A DNA stretch of 64,000 nucleotides from an uncultured Methanoregulaceae archaeon (GTDB taxonomy: Archaea > Halobacteriota > Methanomicrobia > Methanomicrobiales > Methanospirillaceae): the NCBI GenBank assembly GCA_963841015.1, contig CAWJAX010000005.1:288001-352000 (forward strand), written 5' to 3'. Within the stretch, counting starts at the first letter, position 1. The number at the start of each line of letters is the position of its first letter. Of this stretch, positions 10,355 through 20,507 are shown piece by piece. The notes beneath the pieces are model-generated. The model had not been told where the DNA came from, did no database searches, and worked only from the letters and a program-made list of their open reading frames with translations. The translations under genes were made by a program, and so were the position numbers.

Positions 10355-11593
10355 CTAATCGTCCTTTATAAATCCTGATACAAGCAATGCCGACCCAACC
10401 GCACCAATATACTGCGAGTAGGGAGGTACTACGATCTTCGTCTGGAGCAGTTCACCCATCGCAAATACGAGCCCCTCAATGAGTGATGTGCCTCCGACCA
10501 TGATAACGGGCTCCTTAATATCAACTTCCTGCAGCTGCTGTTCAAATACCTGTTCGGCAACACTATGACACGCAGCAGCAGCCACATCTTCTCGGGTACT
10601 GCCTGCTGCGAGTGCATTGACCAGGCTCTGCGTCCCGAAAACAATGCAGTAACTGTTCATCGGCACACGTCCTCCGAATCCTTTCATGGAAAGCGGACCC
10701 AGCTCGGTAATATCAACGCCGAGCCGCTTTGCCGTCATCTCAAGGAACCTGCCACTTGCCCCGGCGCAGATCCCCCCCATCGTGAAGACTCCTGGAATTC
10801 CATCCATAACTGAAATTGCCTTGTTGTCCATCCCACCTATATCAATAACCGTTGCAGGCCCATGCTGCCGGTTGGCAAGATATACCGCTCCTTTCGAGTT
10901 TACGGTCAGTTCTTCCTGTATCAGGTCTGCACGGATCTCTTTCCCTACAAGGAAGCGGCCGTATCCCGTGGTGCCGACCGCCTGCACCTCGTCCCTCGTG
11001 ATTCCCGCTTCTGAAAGGGCATGGGCAATCACTTCCTGAGCGCTTTTTAAAACTTCTGTGGTTGGCTGCCAGCCTGTGCCGATAATCTTGTTGTCCTTCA
11101 TCACAACCGCTTTTGTAGTTGCGGAACCCGAGTCCAGCCCCAGTGTTATACCCTGCTGGGTTTCACGTGCAAGGAGTGCGCGACGACGGGCAATTGTCGT
11201 TAGCGCCTCCATACGGGTAAGGAGTGTTCCCGCAGTCGTCCGTTCAGTAAATGAGTAGCTGACAACCGGAAGTTTCGAATGCTCATTGATGTAACGTCTG
11301 AGTTCATTACGAACGATTGCTGCTTCTGCACACCGGAAACAGGTTGCAATGAAGACCGCATCTGCTTCCACCCGCCCCTCCACGAGTGCCATAGCTCTGG
11401 CAATGGCGAGTTTCAGGTCCGGGCTTCTTACATCCAGCCCGAACATATCAAAATCCCGGCGTATGTCTTTGAGAGCGACATCCGGGTAAAAAATCTCGCC
11501 CCCCACATCTCGTGCCGCGGACTCGATCTCGTGCTGGATCCCGGAATATTCCGGCCCGCAGGAGAGTTGTGCAATGCGTACAGGGAGTGTCAT
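10355..11593 (-). CDS. mmp15: Methanogenesis marker protein 15 (ASKHA ATPase/activase-like)
   Basis: [47 protein letters not shown]. Confidence 0.92.
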   Translation of the reverse strand: MTLPVRIAQLSCGPEYSGIQHEIESAARDVGGEIFYPDVALKDIRRDFDMFGLDVRSPDLKLAIARAMALVEGRVEADAVFIATCFRCAEAAIVRNELRRYINEHSKLPVVSYSFTERTTAGTLLTRMEALTTIARRRALLARETQQGITLGLDSGSATTKAVVMKDNKIIGTGWQPTTEVLKSAQEVIAHALSEAGITRDEVQAVGTTGYGRFLVGKEIRADLIQEELTVNSKGAVYLANRQHGPATVIDIGGMDNKAISVMDGIPGVFTMGGICAGASGRFLEMTAKRLGVDITELGPLSMKGFGGRVPMNSYCIVFGTQSLVNALAAGSTREDVAAAACHSVAEQVFEQQLQEVDIKEPVIMVGGTSLIEGLVFAMGELLQTKIVVPPYSQYIGAVGSALLVSGFIKDD

Positions 11594-12036
11594 TTCGAAC
11601 CTCCCAGTTCTATAAGGAATCGTTTGATGGCAGCCACGAATTTCACGCCGTCCTCCTCATTTTTTGGATAGAACAACTCGAGTTTTGGGATCTCTTTCTG
11701 ATGGAGGAGGAACTTAACCAGCTCATTGGTGCGGGCACATCCCATGCATCCGAAAGCGAGATCTGCATCATTGATGATGATGGCAGCTTCACATTCCCCG
11801 ATCATAGGTCCATAGAGAGACATTCGGCCCCGGACACCGGCTGGCACTTCGACCGCTGCCCACTTCAGTCCTTTTTTTGGCTCTTCAGGAGTGATCTGGA
11901 GTGGGGGGGATTCGAGTCCTGCAGTCTGGACACGTTCACGAATAGCTGTTGCTGATGACAGTGGGGTGTGCCCGAATCGTGCCACCATGTCAGAGAGGAT
12001 AAGGCTGGTTGCAGGGTAGATAAATACTTTTACCAT
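11590..12036 (-). CDS. mmp5: Methanogenesis marker protein 5
   Basis: [37 protein letters not shown]. Confidence 0.9.
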   Translation of the reverse strand: MVKVFIYPATSLILSDMVARFGHTPLSSATAIRERVQTAGLESPPLQITPEEPKKGLKWAAVEVPAGVRGRMSLYGPMIGECEAAIIINDADLAFGCMGCARTNELVKFLLHQKEIPKLELFYPKNEEDGVKFVAAIKRFLIELGGSK

Positions 12037-12037
12037 T

Positions 12038-12496
12038 TCAGGACTCCTGTGCATCGATCAGTTTCTTGAGTTTGTAGATGTCAAGCAGCGGGCGTTCCCG
12101 AGGATTTTCCGGAAGAGGAATGGTCATTTCATCGTGTTTTTTGAGTTCTTCAAGCCCGTGTGAGACATAGGGAAGTATCGTCATCTCGTGCTCCATACCA
12201 TTGTATCCAGGCCGTGCACCGCCGAGATTCGCTCTGCAGCGGCGAGGATCCCCCGGAGGAAATCCGCGGTCTTTGACAAATATATGATCAGGATCAAGTA
12301 TCCGGAGTCCAGCAATGACGCGATCGACCTCACCGTCTTTACCACTAATGACAATCCCAAAACAGGTCTCCTTGATCATCACACCCTGTGAGATCTCATA
12401 GGCCCGGAGTGCAAGATCAGCCGGTGTAATATCGAACGATTCTACCACAACGTACCTGGTTACCGTACCTACATGTGTCGGGGTATATCCGGTCAC
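12038..12496 (-). CDS. mmp6: Methanogenesis marker protein 6
   Basis: IKETCFG, IFVKDRGFPPGDPRRCRA..GG.RPG. Confidence 0.9.
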   Translation of the reverse strand: MTGYTPTHVGTVTRYVVVESFDITPADLALRAYEISQGVMIKETCFGIVISGKDGEVDRVIAGLRILDPDHIFVKDRGFPPGDPRRCRANLGGARPGYNGMEHEMTILPYVSHGLEELKKHDEMTIPLPENPRERPLLDIYKLKKLIDAQES

Positions 12497-14034
12497 CGCT
12501 TTACCACCCTGATATACATATTCTCCTTCTCCTTTACTTTTTTCAGTTTTTCCGTATCGATAACACGCCCAAGAATATTCGTACCCTCAAAAGGCTCGGA
12601 TGTGGGACCGAACTCTTTATTTGCTGACAAGCGCACGCCAACGAATCCGGAAGCTTTGCGGGAATCATTGGTAATTGCAAGTGTGGCCCCAGGAACTTCG
12701 TCCTTAGGCGTGTTCTCAGGATTGATCTTGGTCCCTGCCGGAATGACAGATCTGAACAAAATTACGTCATCGAATTTAAAAAAGACCGGTATCATCCCGG
12801 CATCGTGTTGCTTAAGACCTGTAATTCGGCGGAAAATGTCGCAGCTGACTGGTGCTTTTTCGTCATCCAGCTCAATATCTATTACTTTTTCCAGGGAAGC
12901 CGTCGTTACCGTAACCATCCGCTCTTTGAGGACATCCAGGGTATTACCTGGATCCTGCGAGACAACAATTCTCTCTCCCTCTTCTTTATCAACGTTCAGT
13001 GAAATTTTCTCTGCGGCAGCGATCTCCTTTGCCTTTGTGAGGGAGAGTCCGAGAAGATCAATCCGTTGAGGTAGAACACTGATGGTGAAGATATCGTGTT
13101 CTTTAGCCAGTTTTACCAGTTCAATGCCATGTACAATCTGGCCGACAACATCGTGAACGGGACTGCTGGGAACATCATTCCGGTAAATATAGATACCTCC
13201 GGCAAGTTGCCCTGTGGTTCGTACGGTAACCGTCCCCTCCCTGCGTGGGTGCCGGAATTCTGGTTCGATATCTTCAGTACCTGCGAGCCGGGAATCAAGG
13301 ATATGGGTGCTCGTCACCCGGCTGGCAGAAAATTTTCCTGATCGGAGTGCCAGAAGCAGGTGTTCGACACTACCAGCAGCTTCCGTCGTGATCTTATCGG
13401 GAGTATACCCCTGAGCTATCACGTTTACCCTGGTAACGATCTGCATTCCACCTTCAATAACGAGGCTCATGTCATTTGTAGTGAAGGAACGGCTTGTGTC
13501 CGCCCAGCTGATGACCGGCTCGATTTTCGTAATGCGGTCCCCTGTTGTCCAGCGGTCGAGTATCCCCCTGCCGCTTACAACTTTTGCAAAAACCCCGCCG
13601 CTTTCATCAGCCCCATGATCTGCAGAATGGCGGGACTTTGAGAAAATCAGGTAGGACCGGGCGGGCTCATAACCCCCGCAGCCAAGAATCACATCCCCTC
13701 GTTCGTAGAGGTGGGGTTTACGCACCGGGTGAACCGGTGAGGGAAATGGCCCGAACGCCGAAGCGTAACGATCACTCCAGTGAAGAGTGAGTTTTTGCAC
13801 AATTTCGGGAGATTTAAGGAAAACCTCGTTTCCCCCTGTAATCTCAATCGCGACCTCTCCTGCGGTGGTGCTGAGCGCAAGAGTACCTGTCTTTGCCTGC
13901 TCCTGCGTTGACGGGCGAATAATTGCTACACTACATCCATGCGGATGGTGGGGAATGACAGAACCGAGCGTGCTTCCCTCTCTGACCTCCATCCTCTCTC
14001 CATCGAGGTGGATGGCAATCATTCCACTCGTCAT
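12493..14034 (-). CDS. mmp3: Methanogenesis marker protein 3 (cyclophilin-like repeats)
   Basis: STTAGEV, AFGPF, PENTP..V...LAITN, FGPTSEPFEGTNILG; follows atwA. Confidence 0.9.
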   Translation of the reverse strand: MTSGMIAIHLDGERMEVREGSTLGSVIPHHPHGCSVAIIRPSTQEQAKTGTLALSTTAGEVAIEITGGNEVFLKSPEIVQKLTLHWSDRYASAFGPFPSPVHPVRKPHLYERGDVILGCGGYEPARSYLIFSKSRHSADHGADESGGVFAKVVSGRGILDRWTTGDRITKIEPVISWADTSRSFTTNDMSLVIEGGMQIVTRVNVIAQGYTPDKITTEAAGSVEHLLLALRSGKFSASRVTSTHILDSRLAGTEDIEPEFRHPRREGTVTVRTTGQLAGGIYIYRNDVPSSPVHDVVGQIVHGIELVKLAKEHDIFTISVLPQRIDLLGLSLTKAKEIAAAEKISLNVDKEEGERIVVSQDPGNTLDVLKERMVTVTTASLEKVIDIELDDEKAPVSCDIFRRITGLKQHDAGMIPVFFKFDDVILFRSVIPAGTKINPENTPKDEVPGATLAITNDSRKASGFVGVRLSANKEFGPTSEPFEGTNILGRVIDTEKLKKVKEKENMYIRVVKR

Positions 14035-15644
14035 GCTGCAGGTTGACTCATCAGCTTGCGCTCTTCTTCAGTAAGGATCGCAAGCACGTCGGCAGTCTTG
14101 CCAATCTGCACGATCTTGCCGCCACGCATAAGTGCGAGCCGGTCACAGACATCCCGTACGAACTCCATATCATGCGAAACGACAATAAAAGTCTCTTCCA
14201 TCTCCTCACGGGAGTGCATGATTGAATGCTTTACATCAATCTTTGTAATGGGATCCATTGTTCCGGTCGGTTCATCCAGAATCACGATTCGCGGCTCACG
14301 GATGAGGACCTGAGCGAGTGCCACACGGTGCCGTTCCCCCTCTGAGAGCTGCGCCGGCATCCGTTCAAGGATCTCCCTGCTCTTTTCATCAGAGAACCCC
14401 GCCATCTTGAGCGTTACGAGAGCCTTTCGCATCGCGAGTTCTTTTGGAAATTCCAGCCCGATCGCATCGGTAAGGTTGTCAAGGACCGTGCGATGAGGAA
14501 AGAGGTCATATTCCTGGTGCAGGAGTCCGATATATCCCGTTGCCCTCCCCCGCTGCTCAATGCCGGGTTTGGTCATGTCTATCCATTCTTCGCCAATCCG
14601 GATATTCATCTCCCCGCTTGTTGGTTCGACTAGACCGGCAATAATCCCTGAGAGGGTAGTCTTTCCCGCCCCACTCTTCCCGATGATCCCGAAGATCTCT
14701 TTGGTATAAACCTCGAAGGTAACCCCGTTTACTGCCCTTACGACACCACGATCAACAGAAATGTAGCGTTTAAACAGGTCGCGTGCAACAACCACTTTTT
14801 CCCCCAACTCGGATTCTTCAAATTTTTCAGAGTCATCATACCCTTTCATGAATTCCGCTATGACTTCCCTTGGAGTCCCAATTTTGGCAATCCCACCATC
14901 CACCAGGAGGATTGCACGATGTGCCACATCTTCAATAACCTGTGAAAAGTGGGAGGTGACAACCATTCCCATATTGTTTGTTTTGGCCGCTTCGATAAGC
15001 ATTGAATGAACTATTCGGGCAGTGCCAGGATCGAGAGTGCCAGTCGGTTCATCAGCAAAGAGCATGAAAGGTTCCTTTGCAAGCTGACGTGCGAGGACTA
15101 CACGCTGTTTCTCTCCTCCTGAAAGGTCACGCGCGATATGCATCATCCTGTGGGACAGTTTTACCTGGTCGATAAGGTCAGCGGCACGGTTGATGGCCTT
15201 CTCCTGGGGGTAATCAATATCATCGAGGGCGTGGAGCACATTTTCGATCACACGGTCATCACCATACAATGCAAAGGTGCGCTGGAACATAATTGCGGTA
15301 CGCCGCATCAACCGGCGTTTAAGGGCTTCGTCCCCCTCACTCCAGAGATCTACGTTGAGTGCAGAGAGTATGCCACCGCAATGAGGGCAGTTTTTCCCGG
15401 CAGAACTCCCTACATCCATGTAATTGCATCCGTTACACGCTGCAACATGGTATATTATCTTTCCGCTTGTCGGGGGCTGTTCAACGCCCCGAACGAGGTG
15501 CATGAGTACTGTCTTACCTGCGCCACTCCTTCCAATAATTCCCAGGATCTCCCCTTCGGCAATCTCAAAAGAAATGTTCTTGAGTACCTCCGTGCCATCA
15601 AAATTCATGCAGAGGTTTTCTACCGTGATCAGTGGAGCCTTCAT
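14031..15644 (-). CDS. atwA: Methyl-coenzyme M reductase system component A2 (dual ABC ATPase)
   Basis: Two Walker A motifs (GRSGAGKT, GKSGAGKT), LSGGE and LSEGE signatures, CNGC..CPHC Zn insert, no TM domain. Confidence 0.95.
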   Translation of the reverse strand: MKAPLITVENLCMNFDGTEVLKNISFEIAEGEILGIIGRSGAGKTVLMHLVRGVEQPPTSGKIIYHVAACNGCNYMDVGSSAGKNCPHCGGILSALNVDLWSEGDEALKRRLMRRTAIMFQRTFALYGDDRVIENVLHALDDIDYPQEKAINRAADLIDQVKLSHRMMHIARDLSGGEKQRVVLARQLAKEPFMLFADEPTGTLDPGTARIVHSMLIEAAKTNNMGMVVTSHFSQVIEDVAHRAILLVDGGIAKIGTPREVIAEFMKGYDDSEKFEESELGEKVVVARDLFKRYISVDRGVVRAVNGVTFEVYTKEIFGIIGKSGAGKTTLSGIIAGLVEPTSGEMNIRIGEEWIDMTKPGIEQRGRATGYIGLLHQEYDLFPHRTVLDNLTDAIGLEFPKELAMRKALVTLKMAGFSDEKSREILERMPAQLSEGERHRVALAQVLIREPRIVILDEPTGTMDPITKIDVKHSIMHSREEMEETFIVVSHDMEFVRDVCDRLALMRGGKIVQIGKTADVLAILTEEERKLMSQPAA

Positions 15645-15679
15645 AATACCCTTATACCTAATGTGATACTTGGAACATA

Positions 15680-16537
15680 TTACTTTTTATATGATACATC
15701 ACAGTCGTCACGATCGAAACGTCCTGTTGATGCAAGCGACTTCTGTACGATGGTAACAACTTCACTCACATTTTTTACCACATAATCAGCTTCCCTGTAG
15801 AGTTCTTCCGGCCGGTCACCGGCCTGCTGGATAGTAAGTATTGCAATATCAGCATTCTGCATGGCACAAAGGTCATTGATCCCATCCCCGACCATCAGCA
15901 CTTTGTCATATTCCTGTCGCAGATCATTGACAATCTGTGCTTTTACAGTCGGTGTTGCTACGCCATACACCCTGTCCCGGGGAATACCAAGATGGTCTGC
16001 CATTTTTTCCAGTTTTGTTACCCGGTCACCGGATGCGATGAAAGTCGGTACCCCCATGCGGTGAAGCGCAGTAATTGCTTCTTTTGCACCGTCAAATGGC
16101 CAGCCCCCGGCTGTAATGGCAAATTCAATCAGCTTGTCTGCCATGTTGACAATCGCGCCACTATTCAACGTCACGATCGATTCCGCTTTACAGACGGTCC
16201 AGACATTCCGGATGCATTCCTGAAGATCACTCACCCGGACTTGGCAATCGGTATAGAGCACATCCCCAATCTCTTCTGCAGTAACAATTTTTCTGGTACA
16301 GCTCACACCAAATCCAACGTTATGTTCAACGAGATAGGAAGAAAGGAGCATCTCACCTGGTGTTTTTATGATATCCTTGGAATGCACGGGCAAAACGACG
16401 AGGACACGATCTGGGGAGCTGAAAGTAAGTGTTGTGGTTTCGATACCGGGCAGAAGTTTTTTGTGGCGGATATCCTTTGCAACCCGGTACGTGTTCAGGA
16501 GTGTTCCCGCACTGTCAAAGACAACCGCTAATGACAT
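15680..16537 (-). CDS. HAD-superfamily hydrolase (soluble P-type-ATPase-like)
   Basis: VVFDSAGTL, IASGD, MVGDGIND; no TM segments. Confidence 0.85.
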   Translation of the reverse strand: MSLAVVFDSAGTLLNTYRVAKDIRHKKLLPGIETTTLTFSSPDRVLVVLPVHSKDIIKTPGEMLLSSYLVEHNVGFGVSCTRKIVTAEEIGDVLYTDCQVRVSDLQECIRNVWTVCKAESIVTLNSGAIVNMADKLIEFAITAGGWPFDGAKEAITALHRMGVPTFIASGDRVTKLEKMADHLGIPRDRVYGVATPTVKAQIVNDLRQEYDKVLMVGDGINDLCAMQNADIAILTIQQAGDRPEELYREADYVVKNVSEVVTIVQKSLASTGRFDRDDCDVSYKK

Positions 16538-16585
16538 GGTGATACCCGGTGATAAACTCTATGTACTTTTCTGAACATTGAATCA

Positions 16586-17557
16586 ATGAAGCTGATGTTC
16601 GTAACTGAAACCGCAGAGAAGATAAAGAGCATGGAGATTAGGGGTGCCGGAAGAATTGCGCGTGAGGCTGCTGAAGCACTCCGGCGTCATGCGACAGAAA
16701 TCCGGGCTGAGGATATCAGGTTTTTCCAGCATGAGATGGATGCTGCCGCACAAATCCTGATCGCAACGCGCCCGACAGCGGTTTCCCTTCCGAATGCTGT
16801 ACACATTGTAATGTCCGGGCTTGAGCGGGCAGTGACCCTTGAAGAGGCGCGGAACGGAGTCATCAGTCGCGCAGAGCAGTTCATTCACTCATCCCGGCAC
16901 GCAGTGGAAAATATCTCACAGTTTGGTGCACGCCATATTCGCGACGGGGACACACTTCTTACGCACTGCAATTCTGAAGCTGCGCTTGGGTGCATCATTG
17001 AAGCGCACCGGAGCGGCAAAGAGATTGAGGTCTTTGCAACAGAAGTACGCCCGCGAAACCAGGGATATGTTACCATCAGGACCCTCAATGATGCCGGTAT
17101 TAAAACCAACTTCATTGTTGACTCTGCTGTGCGCTCGTTCATCCATGAAGTTGATCTTGTTATCGTTGGAGCCGATGCTGTAACGGTTAATGGCGCAGTG
17201 GTGAATAAAATCGGCACCTCTCAGGTTGCCCATACCGCTCATGAAGCGCGGGTGAATGTCCTTGTCGCAGCAGAGACCTACAAGTTTGCACCCCGGACAA
17301 TTATCGGAGAGCTCATCACGATAGAGGAGCGTGCGGGAAATGAGATTCTCACCGATGAAATAGCCCGAACACTTCCGCAGGTTACTGTACGTAATCCAGC
17401 GTTTGATGTGACGCCGGCGGAGTATATCGATCTTATCGTAACGGAGGCAGGTGCTATTCCGCCGCAGATGGCCTATACCATCATCAGAGAGTACCTTGGA
17501 TGGGGCATCGAAGAATTCCATAAATCCTTTGAGATGAATACCAGAAATGAGGAATGA
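16586..17557 (+). CDS. Ribose-1,5-bisphosphate isomerase (eIF2B-like)
   Basis: MEIRGAGRIA, ATRPTAVSL, LTHCNS, TEVRPRNQG, VGADAV, NKIGT, NPAFDVTP. Confidence 0.9.
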   Translation: MKLMFVTETAEKIKSMEIRGAGRIAREAAEALRRHATEIRAEDIRFFQHEMDAAAQILIATRPTAVSLPNAVHIVMSGLERAVTLEEARNGVISRAEQFIHSSRHAVENISQFGARHIRDGDTLLTHCNSEAALGCIIEAHRSGKEIEVFATEVRPRNQGYVTIRTLNDAGIKTNFIVDSAVRSFIHEVDLVIVGADAVTVNGAVVNKIGTSQVAHTAHEARVNVLVAAETYKFAPRTIIGELITIEERAGNEILTDEIARTLPQVTVRNPAFDVTPAEYIDLIVTEAGAIPPQMAYTIIREYLGWGIEEFHKSFEMNTRNEE

Positions 17558-17607
17558 GTTGTGAACGATGTTTCAGATAGTGTGGACAACACCTGAGGGA
17601 GATACGC

Positions 17608-18426
17608 ATGGAAATACCATTTACCAAACTTCACGGGAACGGTAATGATTTCGTATTGATCGATGAGCATGAGAAAATCGTTATACCGGATGATATGAAA
17701 GGGCAGTTTGCGGCAATTTATTGTGACCGCCGTTTCGGGATCGGGGCGGATGGGGTTATCTATCTCTCAAAATCTGAAAAAAGCACGCTCAGAATGCGTA
17801 TTCTCCAGCCGGATGAGAGTGAAGCGGAAATGTGCGGGAACGGCATCCGCTGCCTTGCTAAATATGCATTTGATGCCGGGTACGTAAAGGATTTTTGCAC
17901 CGTGGAAACCCCTGCCGGGGAGATCAGTGTCGCCATGGGGTATCAGGAAGACGAATTTTCTGCAACGATTACCATGACAACACCGAAATTTGACCGGAAA
18001 GACATACCGGCAACCGGGGAGGGGGAATACAAGGAAAGAATAGGGGAGTTCGATGTTTACGCGGTAAATACCGGCGTCCCCCATGCAGTTATTATCGTTG
18101 ACGCCATCGATGCCATGGATGTCGAAGCAGTGGCTCCTCCAATCCGTCACCATGCAACATTCGAAAAAGGGGCGAATGTGAATTTTGTTGAAAGAACCGG
18201 ATCTGACAGTATCAGGATACGCACGTTCGAGCGCGGTGTGGAAGAAGAGACGCTCTCCTGCGGTACCGGCGCTACGGCATCTGCTGCAGTTATGCACAAA
18301 CTGGGATACACCGGGGATACCGTAAATGTTGAAACACGGGGAGGTCCCCTCACCATCTATCTCAAAGACGGTGCAAAAATGGAAGGGCCGGCGACAACGG
18401 TTTTTTCCGGAAAGATCTCCTACTGA
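17608..18426 (+). CDS. dapF: Diaminopimelate epimerase
   Basis: KLHGNGNDF, GADG, EMCGNGIRC, NTGVPH, ERGV.EETLSCGTG. Confidence 0.97.
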   Translation: MEIPFTKLHGNGNDFVLIDEHEKIVIPDDMKGQFAAIYCDRRFGIGADGVIYLSKSEKSTLRMRILQPDESEAEMCGNGIRCLAKYAFDAGYVKDFCTVETPAGEISVAMGYQEDEFSATITMTTPKFDRKDIPATGEGEYKERIGEFDVYAVNTGVPHAVIIVDAIDAMDVEAVAPPIRHHATFEKGANVNFVERTGSDSIRIRTFERGVEEETLSCGTGATASAAVMHKLGYTGDTVNVETRGGPLTIYLKDGAKMEGPATTVFSGKISY

Positions 18427-18576
18427 CCCTTCAATATACCCTTCCTTTTTCTGTCAGATACAACCTAATGACATTAATGGGGAGAAATTTCTCGGAATAT
18501 GAGCCGGATGAAAATAATATGGCTGAAAAAATACGAAATAGTTGCTATCCTTTTTAACCAGGGAAAAATCGTATGA

Positions 18577-19254
18577 TTACTCTCGCACCCCTATCCCGTC
18601 TTCAACGATTTCAAAATCAAAGGAGGCCCCTTCTGGTTGTGATCGGTGTTTGACGAGCCGTGCCCTGCGGAATCCAGGACGGTCAGTCTTTTCGAGCCGG
18701 ATAATTACTTTGGAAAGGTGCTCCAGTGCAGTACCCCCGAGGCCGAAGTAGGTGTTTTTCAGGGTATCCATGTATACCTGGTTGGTGATAATCACCGGGA
18801 TATCATAACGTTTGGAATACCCCAGCAGCTGGATCATCTGCCGGGTGAGCATCTGAATCGAGTCCCTTCCCTTCTCAAGATCGGTGCGGTACAATGCAGT
18901 GGCAGAGTCCATGACCAGCAAACCTGGTTTGTGGGTCTTGAGAACCTTCTCGGCTTCTGCAATCATGGCTCCCTGGTGTTCGAAGTCGATGGGTTCGAAC
19001 AGGAAGAGCCTGTCGGCAATTTTTTCCGTATCCTCCCCAGCAATCTGCCGGAACCGCTCAATGGAAAAACCCTCAGAATCTATGAACACAACGGTCTGTC
19101 CGGACCGAAGGCAGGTAACCGCAGCGATCATGCATAACGTACTCTTGCCACTCGCCGGTTCTCCATAGAACTGGGTAATTGTCCGCACTTCAAGTCCGCC
19201 ACCAAGCATCCGGTCCAGCGCGGTATTCCCACTGCTCCGGCGGTCCGTTTTCAT
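18577..19254 (-). CDS. radB: DNA repair protein RadB
   Basis: Short RecA fold with GEPASGKS, TNQVY and the RadB C-terminal KHR motif. Confidence 0.95.
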   Translation of the reverse strand: MKTDRRSSGNTALDRMLGGGLEVRTITQFYGEPASGKSTLCMIAAVTCLRSGQTVVFIDSEGFSIERFRQIAGEDTEKIADRLFLFEPIDFEHQGAMIAEAEKVLKTHKPGLLVMDSATALYRTDLEKGRDSIQMLTRQMIQLLGYSKRYDIPVIITNQVYMDTLKNTYFGLGGTALEHLSKVIIRLEKTDRPGFRRARLVKHRSQPEGASFDFEIVEDGIGVRE

Positions 19255-20465
19255 TGGTCACCTGGTGCAGAACGATTTTTCTGAACAGTTTTCCAGCCGG
19301 CATGTTCAACAGCACGCAAGACTTCGCTGACCGGGACACCAAGCTCCGTCGCCCAGTCCCGGGCCTGATCAAATTCTGCCTTGAGTGAATAGATCTCACC
19401 ATGCATCCACCCGAACTTGACTGCCATGGTACGATGTTTTTCCGCAATTTCAACATCAACGAGTTCAATGGTCCGCTCGGCAATGAACCGGTGAACCGCG
19501 GGTATACAGCGTATGCCAAGCGTCCCCAGCTCCCGTGCCATCAGTTCAGCGAATTCCCCGCTCTTGTCGCTGGTGCAGATTACCTGGATAAGAAAGCCGG
19601 GTCTCCCCTTTTTCATAATGATCGGTATTGCACTCGCGTCCCGTGCACCTTTTTTTAAAAACTGGATAATTGCGTGGGCGATTACCTCCCCGCTGACATC
19701 ATCAATATTTGTCTCGAGGATATCAACAGTGTCCTGAGCAAGTGTGTCGCCATCACCCTTTGTTTCGATAACCATTGCCCGTATCACGTTGGGTGTGCCC
19801 TCTGGATCCCGTGTACCGGCACCGTACCCTATTGCCTGTATGGTATATATTCCGAGTTCTGTTGGGGCCATCGTTAAGAACTCTGCAAGGAGCGCGGCAC
19901 CGGTGGGAGTGCAGAGTTCCCCCTCGTCAGTTCCCTGCCGGGTTAAAAGTCCCGAACTTTTGAGAATTTCGGCAGTTGCGGGTGCTGGTATCGGGAATGC
20001 GCCGTGGGAACCTGTTGATGTCCCCCGACCAAGTGTGACTGGCATCACGGTAACACCATCAACACAAAGGGAGTGAAGGGCAGTACAAGCACCGATTACA
20101 TCAGCGATCGCGTCATCTGCTCCCACTTCATGAAAATGAACGTGATTTCCATGAACCCGTTTCTCAGCATCGTTGATACGTTCAAAGACCCGTTTAGCCA
20201 TTGCGAGTGCTTCAGGTGGGACATCTGCTTCTGCAGTATCGAGTCGTTTCATCACTTCAGATAGTGTTCGATGAATGGGGGTGGCGTGTGTATCTACTTT
20301 CACTGCCCGGAGACCGGCCCGGGTCACTTCAGTTATGCCCGGCTCCGCGATTAGGGACTGCATCGCTCTCATGACACAATTTTTATCCGCTCCACAATCC
20401 AGCAGTGCACCGATTATCATATCGCCCGCGGCGCCGTGGAACGGATCAAAAACAAGGACTCGCAT
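19251..20465 (-). CDS. larC: Nickel pincer cofactor biosynthesis protein LarC
   Basis: GAAGDMI, VHFHEVGADDAIADV, PAPAT, TPTGAA, ETNIDD, MKKGRPG. Confidence 0.92.
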   Translation of the reverse strand: MRVLVFDPFHGAAGDMIIGALLDCGADKNCVMRAMQSLIAEPGITEVTRAGLRAVKVDTHATPIHRTLSEVMKRLDTAEADVPPEALAMAKRVFERINDAEKRVHGNHVHFHEVGADDAIADVIGACTALHSLCVDGVTVMPVTLGRGTSTGSHGAFPIPAPATAEILKSSGLLTRQGTDEGELCTPTGAALLAEFLTMAPTELGIYTIQAIGYGAGTRDPEGTPNVIRAMVIETKGDGDTLAQDTVDILETNIDDVSGEVIAHAIIQFLKKGARDASAIPIIMKKGRPGFLIQVICTSDKSGEFAELMARELGTLGIRCIPAVHRFIAERTIELVDVEIAEKHRTMAVKFGWMHGEIYSLKAEFDQARDWATELGVPVSEVLRAVEHAGWKTVQKNRSAPGDQ

Positions 20466-20507
20466 TTACAGTACTTATAAATCCCTGCGTATATGACCTT
20501 TAAGGTA

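Noticed and set aside
8838-15644. Methanogenesis marker cluster as a novel system
   Set aside because: It is a known conserved cluster already tied to MCR activation; only its flanking genes are flagged.
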